The notes under the pieces: generated by a model
What the model was told of the DNA's origin: nothing
Databases searched by the model: none
What the model saw: only the letters and a program-made list of their open reading frames with translations
Assembly: GCA_964016885.1 (NCBI GenBank)
Contig: OZ024743.1
Span: 16,554,001-16,618,000, forward strand
Direction of reading: 5' to 3'
Length of the DNA: 64,000 bases
DNA from: Eledone cirrhosa
Lineage: Eukaryota
Translations under genes and position numbers: made by a program
Part shown: piece by piece, positions 1 through 15,128 of the stretch
How the letters are laid out: every line of letters starts with the position of its first letter
Position numbering within the stretch: position 1 is the first letter of the stretch

Positions 1-39
<39 letters not shown>

Positions 40-168
40 TATATAATATTCAGGATACTATTTATGATTATGTATATTTTAAACTTTTTATAGTTATGTA
101 TATTTTAAACCTTAAACAGTGAAGGTCAGTAATTTATTACTACCGTATTACCAGTAGTATTACTACCT

Positions 169-216
169 GATTACCGAAGACTCCAAGCCTAGGTTTGGAT
201 GAAACAATTGTAAGCG
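169..216 (+). ncRNA. Degenerate minimal hammerhead-like motif (CCGAAGA core)
   Basis: CCGAAGA, hairpin tccaagcct/aggtttgga, GAAAC-AATT-GTA. Stem I pairs poorly. Confidence 0.4.
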
Positions 217-254
217 AATAAATGCTTTGAACATAACTTCGATTCTTGTGAATT

Positions 255-3010
255 GTATATAAATGTATATCTATCAAAAAAGAGAAATAGGACGAAGGTA
301 AACAGTTACAAAAGGATTTAATCCACGTATTAACAATTGTTTCATCATAATTTCAGTCCATTATTGCTACATTATGTAATAATAGGCAATCAAGAAAGAT
401 ACTGTGGCATCCGAATTTTCAAAATACAAAGTTGAAATGACCTTAGGAAATGAAATAAGGGGTAGTAGTGTAAGATAGAGGAACAGAGAGAGAGAGGGGC
501 AAAAGTGAGGGAGAGAGAGAGAAAGAAAAGGGACGGAGGTAGGGAGAGAAAGAGAAAGAGATATGGTGGTGTGAGAGGATTTGTATAGAATATAGTTAAG
601 TTACAATAAGGGAGGGGGAGGAGGGTTGTGTGCTAAAACTTGTGATGAGTAGAGGGAGAGAGAAGGAAGATAGAATTTTAAGTGGCAGTTGGTAGTGGAC
701 AGGCGAAAGTTTTACCAGAGAATAGATGAAGGAAGAAAGTATTAAATTTCATATATAGTCTATTTTTAGGAGTGTAGAATTGTTATTTAGGGTAGAAAAG
801 GAAGAGAGGTAGTGTTAGGATTTAGTTGAAGGTTTGAAGTGAGAGAAATTCGCTTTTAGTTTGTACTGGCAAAAGATTGACCTTTCAATTTTGTTGTTGA
901 GTAGTTGGTGGCCTGAGCTTAGGATATGGAAGAGCTCATTATTACACAACGGGCACGTTTTCATCCCACTCTGGTATGGAGGAGTATGTGAGAGTTTGGT
1001 CCATTTAAGGGTGTATTGTCGGTTACTCCCTTTTAAGTGCCAAATTTTGTCGGCGAGAGTCGTTACGTAACAGTGTTGGGGTGCTTTATTCCGTAACGAT
1101 GCGTGTACCAACGAGTTTTGAAGGTGTTTGCAGTGCTGCCTATGTAGTGCCAGGTTTGGTTGTCCGACTCAACCGAGCACCTGTACACTAGGTTTGAATG
1201 CAAACATTCATTATTCAATGGACAAGTCTCTGGAAGCTGGCAATTACAATTTCTGTTATGGGCAGTCGTGGAGTTATAGGTGGGCTGAGATGTGTGTGTG
1301 AGTGTGTTTTGTGCATACTGTTTGTTAGTGGGTGGTTGTGTATTAGGTGTATTATTGTGTTGAGTGATTGGGGTGTTGTTGTTACGGAGTTTTTTGGCGT
1401 TGAGCATCTTAATGTGTGTGTCTAGGTTTGGTGCAGTGGAATAAGATAGTCTAATTGTTTTGGTATTAAGTGTACTACTATATTTATGTGAATTTGGAAA
1501 GTGTTTTTTTATAATTTTGTAGAATGTGGAAGGTAAGTTAGAGCTAATAGAAGAGTTAAAAATAGGATTATACCAAATGTAAGACCTACTCCGTGTTCTG
1601 TTTTGTTTTGGTGTTGCTGTTGTATTTGTGGTGTGGTTAGTATTAGGGGGTATAGGTGCGTGTGTGCGGGTGTTTGTGGGGCGTTTGGCGTGTCTATGGT
1701 TATGTGTTTTATGGTTGTGTCGGTCTATGTATTCTAGTTTGTCGGTGTGGCCAGCCCGTTCTAATGCAGTGTTGTAATATTCAGCGTGTTGATCAAATAT
1801 TTGTTGGTTAGATGAGAGGCGGGATATTCTAAGTGATATACTACATGGCACGGACCTTATAATAGATAGTGGGTGGTTAGAGCTAGTGTGGATATAGGTG
1901 AGGTTCTCATTGTTTTTGTGAAAGGGTGTGATCATTTGGGTGTTGAGGTTGAAGGTGGCATCTAGGAAGTTAACTACTTTGGTACTATATTCGTAGGTGA
2001 TTTTAAGGCCAAGGCTATCTAGGGTTCTTCTAATGCTCTTACGGGTTCGCTCTATGCTTTGTTTATTCATGTTTTTAACTAATAGGAGAGCGTCATCTCT
2101 ATATATTCCGCCTTGAAGGTAACTAAATTTATTATGTAAGGTGTGGGCTATGTATATACCAACAATATCCGTAACTTGTGCTGAGTCATTAGCACCCATA
2201 GTTATGTCAAACTTATCTATTCTATCCTTACGTACCCAAAAGTTATTTTCAATTTTAATTATCGTCTTTCTAGCTGCTAGGATAATGTTTATTTCGTCGT
2301 CGGTTAAGTCAGAATTTGGCTTTCGCAAATGCTAGTGCCTTGTTTAGAGTATCAGGTGATATGGAGGAGTAATAGTCATTAATGTCGAATTGTATCAAGT
2401 TAGAGGTATTTTTGTTATCTATACTATTAAACCATTTAATTGTGTCGCTAGTATTGTCCCAAAGTTTAATAACTAGTTTATTCCTTAATTGTATTATTAT
2501 TCTATCTAAAATATGCTTGCTAATTTTACCTATGTCTGACTTAGAAGGGCATATTAATCTAATTGTGGGTTTATCTAGGAAATCTAATTTGTGGTCCTTA
2601 AGATTAAAGGTGGGGGTGCAAGTTGTCATGGGCTCAGTTCTATCTTCAAGTTCTAGATTTTTGACAATATGGTGTGCTTGTTTGTTTATGTTAAGTAGTG
2701 CTTGGTTATTGGTTTTCTTATATGTTTTATGTAATTCCTTCCGTATAAGGTCGTGGTAGGTATTAATGTCCATTGTGTACAAGTTAGATGCGTTATCCGC
2801 TTTGACAATAATCCCGTTAGTAGTGCGCAGCCTGTTAGAAAGGTATCCATGTCTTTATGAAGCTTATTGGTTTTGAACTTCTTATATTTAGTATTCATGA
2901 CCATCTTAAGTAAGTCCTGTTCAAAGGCGTCCAGTAGAGGGTTAGTGGGTGGGTTTTCAGAGAAGTTGAACCCATATGATACATTTCTAGTCCTGTAGAA
3001 GCTATTTCTA
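255..3010 (-). mobile_element. Penelope-like retroelement (YRDD/CNC-CPL type, tentatively Nematis-like), 5'-truncated and frameshifted
   Basis: ORFs 2309-2782, 1063-2328 and 815-1111 encode LKDHK..F..KPTIRLICPSKSDIG, QFDINDYYSSI, MGANDSAQVTDIVG, GGIYRDD, NFLDATFNL, SNHP, CNCQLPETCPLNNECL, GIY-YIG-like LVYRC...YIGST and CPLCNNE. A purine-rich (+ strand) 3' region runs to ~255. Confidence 0.9.
815..2990 (-). pseudogene. PLE RT-GIY-YIG polyprotein pseudogene
   Basis: One protein split across several frames by frameshifts near 2770, 2320 and 1080. Confidence 0.85.
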
Positions 3011-5270
3011 TCCTAAATATTTATACACTGCTAAATATTTATACAAGCTATTTCTATCCTAAATAGTTATACCGTACTTACTGTTGTTACCCCCGATTGA
3101 ACGCGGGATAAACACATACACACACATATATATACATATATAAATTTTTCAGCAACGTACTCTAATGTAAATATAAACTCTCACCACACATGTCATTCTA
3201 GGGCTAGATTACATGTCATGTGACCTAAAGCTACAGTACGCGACAAATTAAGTATTTCAAATTAATGTAAGTGGTTCGTTCTGTCAGAAATTGATTTATT
3301 AGATAATTATTATATAACTTAATTAATTGGAGAAATATGTGTTGGTATGGCGTCCATATAGGATCATGTAATGTCAATTATTGTAAATTTCATATTAAAT
3401 ATATTATGAAATAAAAGTAAAACTAACACATATTGTAACATACAAATTATAATATATATTGCCATAGTATATAATACGTAACACATAATACATAATACAT
3501 AAGGCATAAATTATACTAAATGTAAAAATGTCATATATATCACGTTCGTTCACGAAGACAATAACTGCTATGCCAGGACGATTCGATGTTCTGTGGGGAA
3601 GTATGTTGAAGCGTTTCACCTCTTCCTAGGGCGGTGGTTCATTTGATTATATTCATCAGTATCGATTCACATTCAATGATTTCGAAAGCTGTACACGACT
3701 TGAACACGAGGGCATTTTCATATAATTTCCTTTACATTATAACCTTCTCATCAAGTCGAAACTGTTTGAATTCAGCCTACTTTCAAAGATGATGAAATTG
3801 CATAATATAATAATACATATTTCAAAAATGCTGCGGTAGTCTTTCTGATTGTATTTCGTTTCTATGCCAAAGTGTTGTACATCCTGGAACATTTATGTTC
3901 TTTAAAAAGTAATCACCAGAAAATTCATTCTCAATAGTTCTCCCTCGCCATATGTATATATATGTCTGTGCGTGTGTGTGTGTGTGTATGTGTGTGTGTG
4001 TGGTTGTGGGCGTGTGTGTGTGCTATGCATTTGTGTGCGTGTGTATGTGTGTGTTTGAGTCCCAGCTTCCATCGGAAGTAACCTGATGATTTACTTTGAA
4101 TGAAACAGTTCTAGTCTTGCACAACCCGTTTCTATATTAAATATGATACACACACACACGCACACAGAAGCGCACGCGCAAATATACCCCTACCATATAT
4201 ATATATATAATTACATATGTGTGTGTTCGCGTATTTGTATTCGTTTGTATGTACTATTTCGATAAATCTTCGGTCAATGTTTGTTATTTTATGTAAGATG
4301 GTCTATTACTCAATCAAGTGTTTTGATATTCTATATTTCTATTTATTGATTAACATGTGTAATTAGTTTGCATTTCCTGTATGCTTCATCAGTATTTATA
4401 TGTATTACCAAAATAATCATGATTGATTGTATACTGGTTATACATTTTATTTTCTACGTTTCATAAAATAATTTTACTATTGAGCAACGATATTCTAAAG
4501 CGTATTATAGGCAAAACACCCATCAAAGTGCAATAAGCAATTCTATATGTCCCTTATCGGTAGATTAGGATTCAATTGTATGTATACATTATTTTCTGAT
4601 CATGAAACATCTTATGTAGCAAATTGTAGGAGTTAGGAATGGCATGGATATATTTTCGCCCTGTGCACGGAATAGATTACACCCAAACAAACAGGATATA
4701 GGGATGACGCCTTAATTTTGGACATACTCGGTATTTCGTGATTATATATACGATGAAAAAAGAAAAAAAAACTAGTATGTATTACAGGATTTGAATATCT
4801 ATACGTAGCAAAGCAAACTTTTAAACATTGTTTATTTTATGTTTTCTGAGAAAATTTGCATTATGCAAAAATATTATGGAGATCCAGTAAACATCTAAAA
4901 TTTTAATATTTCCGTACTTGTTATTGATTTAAATATTGTCCCAAATTTAAAAGGAATATTTACAGAATGTGAATGATTAATTATGTAGAATTGTGTTACA
5001 TATATTTAAAATTTATTTTAAAGGACTGAATTAATTCAATCCACCTTAGCACATGTAGATAATATTGGTGCTTTGAACGCAAAGGTTCCAGCACGTGTAA
5101 CAACGTTATGTGCAAGAAAATCTGATATATATATGAAAAATAACATTACAGTATGATCAAATATCATCAGATTTGCTGAATGCTGAAAACATGTATATAT
5201 GGTGTGGTAAATAAATATATTGTATACCATGTTTTCAACTTACATGTGATAATAACAAATGAAGAAAACG

Positions 5271-5320
5271 ATATACAACATACGCATTAATACTAATGTA
5301 TTAATGCGTATGTTGTATAT
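5271..5320. repeat. Perfect 23-bp inverted repeat (hairpin)
   Basis: atatacaacatacgcattaatac-taat-gtattaatgcgtatgttgtatat. Confidence 0.9.
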
Positions 5321-6479
5321 AACATCATAAAACACGATTTTGTCACGTGTATCTTAACGCACATTCATTAAAATATGTACACTTGGCTAATGTTTATAGA
5401 CAGTTCTAGCTTCAAAAGGTTTTACGCATTAAACAACAATGTGTATATCAATTTTTTAATAAACATCGAAACGGAGCGCAAAGAAATACCATAATAATAT
5501 TACACAATCAAAATCACTTAACATTTATTTAGTTATACAACCCGAAGGACATTCAAACAACGGAAAAGTGTGTGGTGCTATTAGGTCTTTTTCACATTAA
5601 GAATACAGATTTAAATTTCAGAACTTTATAATATTTAATTCAAACCTGTATGAAAAACATCTCAATTTACTGACTGATAATTCATCGAACATAAAAATAA
5701 TTCCATCAAGAAAACAAGAAATAGATACCTATTCATCAGTAAATAATAAACAAATCACAATGAATGCCATGCCATGCAAATATTAACAGAAAAACAGGTA
5801 GAGAACAAAGGTAAACGATATATATAGTTTACATTCCAAAATATCCAAATCGAATTATTCAGTAAAAATCATAATGATTCAACAATGGTAAACATTTTGG
5901 GATGAATCGTGAGATAAAATTATCAAATATCATGCCCCCATTATCTCAATCAGAGTTGTGAATGTTTAAAACGTATCAGGTACTGAAAGTTTGAAATAAA
6001 TAAATAATACGTTGCCTTTAAACGGACCATATATCCATAAACTATCCATTAAAAGGACAATCCGTATATGTCCACATCTATATCTTTGTGGAGATTATAC
6101 AGAAAATCTATATCAATATTTGTTCCAATGTAAAAGAAAAATGGCAATACTTGTCTTAGAAAACAACATGAGTCTGGTATTTAAAACAAAACATTACCAT
6201 CGCTGGATTGTCAATATAATTTCAATTATCTATCAACCCATTTATTGGAGGATTTAGCTGTTTTAGCGGTGCACAATTTCCCTTAATTTTGCTTCTTCTC
6301 TACAATGTGTCATTGACATTATTGTATTTTTTCTTTGTGGCTCTCTTTCTTTTGTTTATTAGTTATAAAAGCTATTAGACGACTCTCATGGACTCTCATG
6401 GCTTAGGATCTTTACATCCACGTTAAAAGTGATTACGTAATGAATAATGGATAAAGATGCGGCAGGAATATGTAATAAT

Positions 6480-7130
6480 TTAGAAAGTCAGGTTTGGCAA
6501 GATATAGCAAAGGAAGGACTTGAGTTAGCACTAAAGAAATACAACAGAGGGAAATCTCCTGGCAGTGATAACGTGTCAACCGTCGTCTTGTTCTCTAACT
6601 GATACCCTTGATATGTTGTTAATATCTTACAAGGAAATTATGCACTAACTTAAGAAAACTCTTTGATTTGCACAAGGTATAACATATATATATATATATA
6701 TTACCGAAAAAAACAGAAACAAATGCTCCAAACAATTATCATCTCATTACTTATTTTCCGCATCATTTTGAATTTTGACTGAGACAACATATACATTTAC
6801 TTATTGAAGTCATCGTATCCCCATTGAGTAGAAAGGCTGTCACCATAGTTTCTCTGGTTGTAGAGACCAACTTCTACCAAATAATTCTAGAAAAATCTCA
6901 TAACGTTTGAAGACTGAGCAGTGCTTGGATTGGCTATGACAAACGCTTGATAGTATTTCCGACTCATGGATTTTTAAAACTTTGGATGTTGTGAAAAATT
7001 CCCCAGTAATATAAAATCTCCTTTACTACAAGAAATCTATTATTGTCAAAGAATAATGGAACTACACATTCCAGTAGCATAGCATTTACTGTGGTATTTT
7101 TCAAGGTATTTTGTTTTTTCATCTAATGTT
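6480..7130 (+). mobile_element. Highly decayed Dong/R4-like non-LTR RT remnant
   Basis: Hand translation gives KSPGSDNV, LPKKTETNAPNNYHLITY, KGCHHSFSGCRDQLL, SAWIGYDK..DS..DSWI and CGIFQG, with many disablements. Confidence 0.6.
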
Positions 7131-7975
7131 TTCACAGTTTAAAGAATTGAAACTTCACGAAACAAGGTTAATTTTCAAAAGTTTCAAAAATAATGATGCT
7201 AAACATTTACGTTGATATAGTCTCCATAATGATAACGCTCACGGATGCAAATTAGTGTTTGATACACGAAAGGACCGCTAACAACCTACCTATAGACAAA
7301 CACGCAGAAACTATACTCTTTCACATCAGCTTCCGTTGATTTAAATTAACGTGTAATTCAGTGCGAAATATCTGAGTTGTTCATGTATGTGCATCTTCAC
7401 TGAATATAAAACGAACAAATACGAAAGGAAATACACACATTCACATTCAGCGATACATACATATGTACGTAATGATGTAGGCATGCATACAAATGTATTA
7501 TGCATTGTATTGTTAGCCAACTGTCCGGAATAAATTAATATAACCCTAAGTAGGAAGGAAAACAATGACATATACATATATTCAGATAAATCATAAACAT
7601 TGTAACTACATTGGCAAATACTATATTGTATCTAAATTGCACATCTTCAATCGAAATGCACTCGGTTTCTCTATGTCAGAAATAAGACCTTTTATAAAAT
7701 AATAATATGTCATCAGTCGAAATGAAACATTAAGATCAATATACACGACGTTTAGTCTTTATCATGTATAAATACGCGGGTAAATACATATACACTGCTG
7801 TATGTTTATATAAATGAATCAAAACATCTAAATCCACACGCTATAACATGGCGCATTACAGATGCATGCATATTTACTTATAAATGGATGTTGTCTTAAT
7901 GCAAATTAAAGTGCTTTATTCCTTTGTTGGTGAGTAGCTCTTTCTGAATTCAAAATCTATGTGAAATTGGAAACA

Positions 7976-8095
<120 letters not shown>

Positions 8096-8227
8096 GTGCA
8101 TAATGGTAGCTATGGTGCTTCCATAGGCGGTATACCACAATTAGCACCACTCAATATACAGCAGTGTAGAGTGTAGATAGTATAAAGAAAACGAAAAACC
8201 AGTGATGCATCTGGACTTAATTTATTG

Positions 8228-8318
8228 CATGTTACAATTGTTTCGCCGGCAGGTAGCTCGAGACATGGCCCTTGTATGGATCTGGCTGATTCTACTGCTG
8301 CAGGTTCTTTCAGACACG
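8228..8318 (-). ncRNA. Hammerhead-like motif with enlarged stem II
   Basis: Minus strand: cgtgt-CTGAAAGA-(~60 nt)-GAAAC-AATT-GTA-acatg. Confidence 0.5.
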
Positions 8319-9014
8319 GTTATTTCGTTCGGAGCAAATTTTATCACTGGGGTGTTATCATAAAAAAACACCCTAAAAAGACCCTACTTCCACTCTTGTC
8401 ATACCATTGGGTGTTTTTACTCCACGTCATCAGAAGTTCTGCCACACAGGACATCAGCCATTTTCCGTCCGACACATTTCAATGGAAACATGCTGAGTTC
8501 AGTATCTTACACGTCTGTTCACACTTCAGAGTAAGCACCCACACATACGAATATACACACACATGTACACACACATGCAGACACAGACACATTCATGCAT
8601 ACAAACACGTACGCCTACATGCGCAGACACACACACACCCACATATATATATGTATATATACACACACACTCTCTCTCCCTCACTTCCACGGACCCAGTC
8701 ACACCCACTATTATTGTTCTGTTACTGTTACCTGTTCTATATACGGACACAAGTTTGCACCTCATACTACCTGTGTGTAGTATATGACATGAATACACGC
8801 ACCTTCTCCTGTACCTCCCCTCCCCCCGTTTTTTTTTATTTTACCCCTTTTTTCTTGTACCTATTTATGCCGATACATACAGATTTTAATGTACCCTAAA
8901 ATATTGTAAATTTATTTATTTATTTTATTTTATTTTATTATCATATTGTGTTTATATTCGCGTGTTTTTATGTGTGGACCTGTGCGTAGGTATATGTATG
9001 TGTGTGTGTGTGTA

Positions 9015-9051
<37 letters not shown>

Positions 9052-9282
9052 GTGGGTGTGAGCGGGTGTATGTATATGGGCATGGGTGCATGTGTGCATG
9101 AGCTTATAAGCGCGTATATGTGCAGACATGAGCATGTATGTACATATGTGGCAGAACGTGGGTGTATGTGTGTATATATATATGTGTGTATATATGAATA
9201 TATATATGTATGTACATCTATATATGTGTGCGTATGTATGTATAGCCACGTATGAGTAGGTGTGTGGGTGAGTAAGTGTGTA

Positions 9283-9340
<58 letters not shown>

Positions 9341-10027
9341 GGTGCGGGTGTATGCATATGCGGGCCTCTATATGTGTGTATGTGTATTTGTGCATACATG
9401 TATGTTTATGTGCATCTCACAGGAATGTGTACGGATGATTATATATGGAGTATATATGCTTTTTTATTATTACTATTATGTTTTTGTTTTACTTTATCAC
9501 ATTTCCGTTGTATATATCCGTATATGTGTGTATGAATCTGTGTACATATGTGTGTGTGTGTATGCATATATATATATATGGGAAGATATATATATAGATA
9601 TCATATTGTATAATATATTGATATTTTATACCTTATATTTTATATTTTATGTTATGGTATTTGAACGTTATTCTATAGTAGATTGTGTTTTTTATTGTAT
9701 AACGTATTTTTAATTTTTAATTTACGGTTTTGTTTATATATGTATATGTGGAAGTACATGTGTGTGTGGGCAAATATGCATATGTACAGGTGTATGCATG
9801 TGGCAGCACGTGTGCGTATGCATATGTAGATGTATATATGCCTGCATATGGGTAGCTATATGTATGTATATATGTGGCTGTGCGTATGCATGCTAGGTTG
9901 TTGTTTTTTTGTGTATAATATATATATATGTGTGTGTATGTACGTGTGTATGTAATTGTGTTTACGTATGCGTATTTTGTATGTCTGTGTAGGCATGTGT
10001 GAGTATATATATATATATATGTATATG

Positions 10028-10084
<57 letters not shown>

Positions 10085-10125
10085 AAATGAAAATCCGAAG
10101 GCGAGGTAAAATTCCAATCATTTAA

Positions 10126-10200
10126 TCACGACACATGTTTCAATAAGAGATAGATCGATTGTGAACCCATGATCGATTATCGCTGATCTCATCAGGTGAA
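10126..10200 (-). ncRNA. Minimal type-I hammerhead ribozyme
   Basis: Minus strand: tcac-CTGATGA-(stem II with gataatcgat/atcgatctatc)-GAAAC-ATGT-GTC-gtga. Stem I tcac/gtga, GUC cleavage triplet. Confidence 0.75.
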
Positions 10201-10335
10201 AATGAATTGTGTTCAAATTATTGATGTGAGGGAGAAAAAATAACGATGTTCTCTCACAGAATTCATTCCCTCATATTGCTAACATAAAGGTATTGGACCA
10301 TTTTACACAACCAATAATGCACCTTACTATATAAC

Positions 10336-10408
<73 letters not shown>

Positions 10409-10683
10409 GACATATGTGTGTGTATATGTATGTATGTGTATGTATGTATGTATGTGTATGTATATGTGTGTGTATGAGTGTATATATATATATATATATA
10501 TATAAATGTATTTAAGGTTGTGCGTATGTATGTGCGCGCGCGTATGTATGTATATATGTGTATGTTTGAGTAGGCCATGCTTATCCCATTGGACACATGG
10601 TGCGAATTAAGCAGCCGTTATAAGGATTGTGGCAATATGTCTCTACAAGTGGTTGTGACTGGGTCCGTGGAAGTGAGGGAGAA

Positions 10684-10726
<43 letters not shown>

Positions 10727-11016
10727 GGGTGTGTGTGTGTCTGCATGTTTGTGTATATGTGTGTGTATATTCGTATGTGTGGGTGCTTACTCTGAAGTGT
10801 GAACAGACGTGTAAGATACTGAACTCAGCATGACTCAATTGAAATGTGTCCGACGGAAAATGGCTGATGACCCCTGTGGCAGTAAATACTGACCAGAACT
10901 TGTGATGACGTGGAGTAAAAACACCCAATGGCATGACAAGTGTGGAAGTAGGTTTTTTTTAGGGTGCTTTTTGATGATAACAACCCAGTGAGAAAATTTG
11001 CTCCGAACGAAATACC

Positions 11017-11107
11017 CGTGTCTGAAAGAACCTGCAGCAGTAGAATCAGCCAGTTCCATACAATGATCATGTCTCGAGCTACCTGCCGGCGAAACAATTG
11101 TAACACG
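11017..11107 (+). ncRNA. Hammerhead-like motif with enlarged stem II
   Basis: cgtgt-CTGAAAGA-(~60 nt)-GAAAC-AATT-GTA-acacg. Stem I is perfect; the core has one extra A. Confidence 0.55.
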
Positions 11108-11151
11108 CAATAAATTAAGTCCGATGCATCACTCATTTTTCGTTTTCTTTA

Positions 11152-11200
<49 letters not shown>

Positions 11201-11689
11201 TACATATATGTTATCACACACACACACACACACATACATTTACAGGGACATGCATATCAGGACGCACACACATATTTTCACACACATACAAACACACACA
11301 CGCATATATATATATATATATACGTGGGAATTTATCTCTAGATACGTATAATCTTCAACATATATGTGTACACACAACGTGTGAAACAAATATAAACAAA
11401 ACATATATAAATATACTCATATATTTTTATAACTAGTGGTTTTGCTCCGGTCAAATTGAAATAATTTTAGCTTTGATCATTAGGCCAAAATATAAGATCT
11501 AGTTACTTGGCTAAAACATCAGCTCTGGTCTTATTGCCAAAATTTTGACATTGGAAATGCTGCCAGAATATTAGCACCTGTCCTTTACATAAACCTTTTA
11601 TCTCTTGTCGTTATGTCAAATTTAAATTTCGTATAATATTGATTATTTAATGAAGCATGAAACCATAGCATTATGGAAACTAGACGAGA

Positions 11690-12074
11690 AAATTAAGAGT
11701 TTGCGGCAAGCGGCTGATCTACACGAAAATGGTGCAGAATTTGCTGGGCGATACTCAGAAAGAGCAGCGCATGCAGGTCTGTCAGGACTTCCCGAGTGTC
11801 TTGGAACCAAAGAAGCCTTGCTGCGGAGAGTCATTACGTGTGACGAGACCCGTTTTCTGGACGTGGAAGCTATCAAGAGGGCCATGTCGACGAATCTGCG
11901 GAGAAATGCGAGAGAATTATTTAAAAAATGCATAGTGTCTTGGAGGGGAAGGATGAGAGTTATGGTTAGATTCGGGGCGGGGGGCTATTTTGAAGGAGAG
12001 AAGCTGTTTGTAGTTTGGATTTGAAGTACTTTTTGCGACGCCAGTCCACTTTCTTTTCTGACATACATCCTATA
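11690..12074 (+). mobile_element. Mariner-like transposon fragment (3' part and right TIR, internally deleted)
   Basis: KMVQNLLGDTQKEQRMQVCQ...LLRRVITCDET joined directly to RFLDVEAIKRAM...GYFEGE. The right end resembles the TIR at 59190-59283. Confidence 0.75.
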
Positions 12075-12106
12075 CGAGCACCCAACTTGCCACATTATCT
12101 TTTGTT

Positions 12107-12313
12107 GGCAGAATCGGCAGAACGTGGGCTGCCATGCTTGTAGCATTGTTACGACCCTATACGGTCTGAATTCAAATCCAGCCGACGTTTATTTTGCCTT
12201 TCATCATTATGGCGTCGATAAAGTAAAGTAGCAGTCATGTACTGGTTCGATTTAAACCCCCCCCCCCCAGACACACACACAAAAATTGATGGCCTTTTGC
12301 CTATATAAGAAAC
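12107..12313 (+). mobile_element. tRNA-derived SINE with Nin/Deu-like domain
   Basis: B-box-like attcaaatcc, then GCCTTTCATC..GGCGTCGATAAA..AAAGTAGCAG and the family 3' end ggccttttgcc..agaaac. Confidence 0.75.
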
Positions 12314-12881
12314 TTTTATCTTTTCATGAGTATTCTTTGCTGACTCTCAAAACCCGAAACAACAAAGAGTAATTTATTCATTTAAATATTGATGATTGGT
12401 CGTCAACATGTTAGAATTATTTAATTTCCATTACAATTAAAGATTTGTTATTCTAAAAAGGTTGTATATTTCCCAATTTTATTCAGGTTTTCTATATATC
12501 AGTATTCCATTTTTCCGATTTGTAAACAATATCGAAAATATGGATTTGTAAACAATATCGACAATACGGGATTGGTCTTTATAATAGAATGTTATAAGTG
12601 AATATTTAATGCTGCCGATCAAAATAGTGACAATACGTACTACTAAATTACATTTTTTTTTCTGACGGTAAGTATAAAATATTGTTAAATGTATTGTTTA
12701 GTTAACCGTTGATTGAACGTCTTAAGCAAATTTACATTTAGACAAATTGAAACATAATTGTGTAAGGAATATGTGAATTGGGTTTAGTGAGTTACTATTA
12801 TTTATAATTTTTGTCACAATTAATCCTTATTTCTGCAAATTTCTAATTTCTTCACACGACAACATTTTTAGCCTTTAGATA

Positions 12882-13090
12882 TAATTGTTTCTACTTTTGC
12901 CACACGGCTAGCAAATATTCCAGTGTATTACTGGTACTTTATTTTATCGACCCCGTGAGAATGAAAGGCAAAGTTAACATCGGTGGGTTCTGAAATCAGA
13001 CCATAAATGGCTGTAACTCTTTGCTGCAAAGTATGGCGTCCGACCCTCTACCGATACTCTCAATCCACCGCCCTATTGATATAATGGCGG
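12882..13090 (-). mobile_element. Nin-domain SINE
   Basis: Reverse complement reads tttgcctttcattctcacggggtcgataaaataaaagtaccag. Confidence 0.8.
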
Positions 13091-14690
13091 TTTAGACAAG
13101 GCAGTAAGTAATTAGCAATCAACTGTGTAAAAGAAACCGAATGATAATCTACAAATTAAACGTCGTCGATACGGCCATAGCATCAATATAAATATAATGA
13201 ACACGAAATAGTAAATCCATGTCACAATTCCACATTGCAAATATTAATAAGTGTCCCCTTGAAATAAATGTGCATATTTGTGTACCGTATAGGGCTAACT
13301 TGCTGAAATATTTTAATAAACTGATTTTATTAGATCTATCGATTCCGACGATGGAGATAAATTGAAGTTACTATGTTTATGTGACCCTCGAGGATAATAG
13401 CAGCAATGCTATATGGTAATACTATTCAATCTGCAATCAAACGGCAATCTAGAATGGGTAGTAAACACAAATTGGTTTTTATTTACATCGATATACGATG
13501 CTTGCCAAATATCTCATTATATGTAACTTGCTTTTTTATCCAAGTAGCTTACGAAAATAAAGATGAGGAAATGAGAGTGCCTGATACTATTCATTCTTGT
13601 TGGTTAGCCCTTTGTCACATTTGGTGTAAGAGTCATTTGATCAAAGGCATAGCAACCATACGCAATGCTTCATATTGCAGATAAATTATTCTACTTTATT
13701 CACAGTATATTTCTTCCTAGATAACAGGCTGTGAATTGAGGAAAACTGCAATTGGTATCTATCAACAGGTCGAAAATCTCGTTGAGGCGCCTAGGAACAG
13801 AAGTTAAAAAAAGAAAATGATAAATATATATATACCCTGACGCGAGGTCTATATATTTTCATAGATCGATAGATTAGAGCAAACAAAAAAAGTTAATTTA
13901 ATTGTACGGAGGCAAATTCACACACGCACACAAAACTTATACATACATGCATACATACACACATGCATACATACATAATGCATACATACACACATGCATA
14001 CATACATAATGCATACATACATAGGAAAAATAGCCCCGACAATAAACATAAAAGTTTACACTAATTTTAAAGACATATACATATTATGAAAGTGCACTGG
14101 AGAAATATTCTAGTGAAAACATTTATAAAATGTAAGCATAAGCGACCAGATATAGTGATATGGTACAGGGAAAAGAAGGCATGCACCGTAGTGGAAATCA
14201 GCTGCCTAGAAGATGCCAACATAATATTAAAGATTAGCGTAAAGTAAAACATCTATGCAGAATTAATGAATTATATGCAGATAATCCGCCCTCACTACGC
14301 CTTCAGATTTATACTTGTGATTATTGGGGCTCTGGGATATATTATTTTATGCTTCAATACAAATCTTGAGAAGGTGGGCTTCACATAACCAGAAAGAATA
14401 TGACTATTTAGGACGTTACAAGTACAATCCATTAATTGGATAGCTAACATATGAAAACATTCGGAAAATGCCGCATGTATTAACAGCATATACACATTTA
14501 TTGATAAGAAACATGCGTGTGGATACACATAACTCAAAACGTACATACCTCACGTACAAATACACCTACGCACACTACGCACACTACGCACACACACTTA
14601 CGTACACACGCATGGATACATACAAATCTAGAAACGTTTTCATATGTGTAGCTGTTGAAACAATAATTCCACGCTTATTTAATGGGTAAG

Positions 14691-15057
<367 letters not shown>

Positions 15058-15061
15058 TTGC

Positions 15062-15128
<67 letters not shown>

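Noticed and set aside
3600-3665. Minus-strand CTGATGA...GAAAC (similar hits near 4387, 5733, 7709, 58163)
   Set aside because: Stems I, II or III cannot be formed; treated as chance core matches.
3690-3895. Possible host exon after a ttccag acceptor on the minus strand (similar at 15460-15790 and 13406-13684)
   Set aside because: Short, no recognisable protein and no consistent exon chain; cannot be supported without RNA data.
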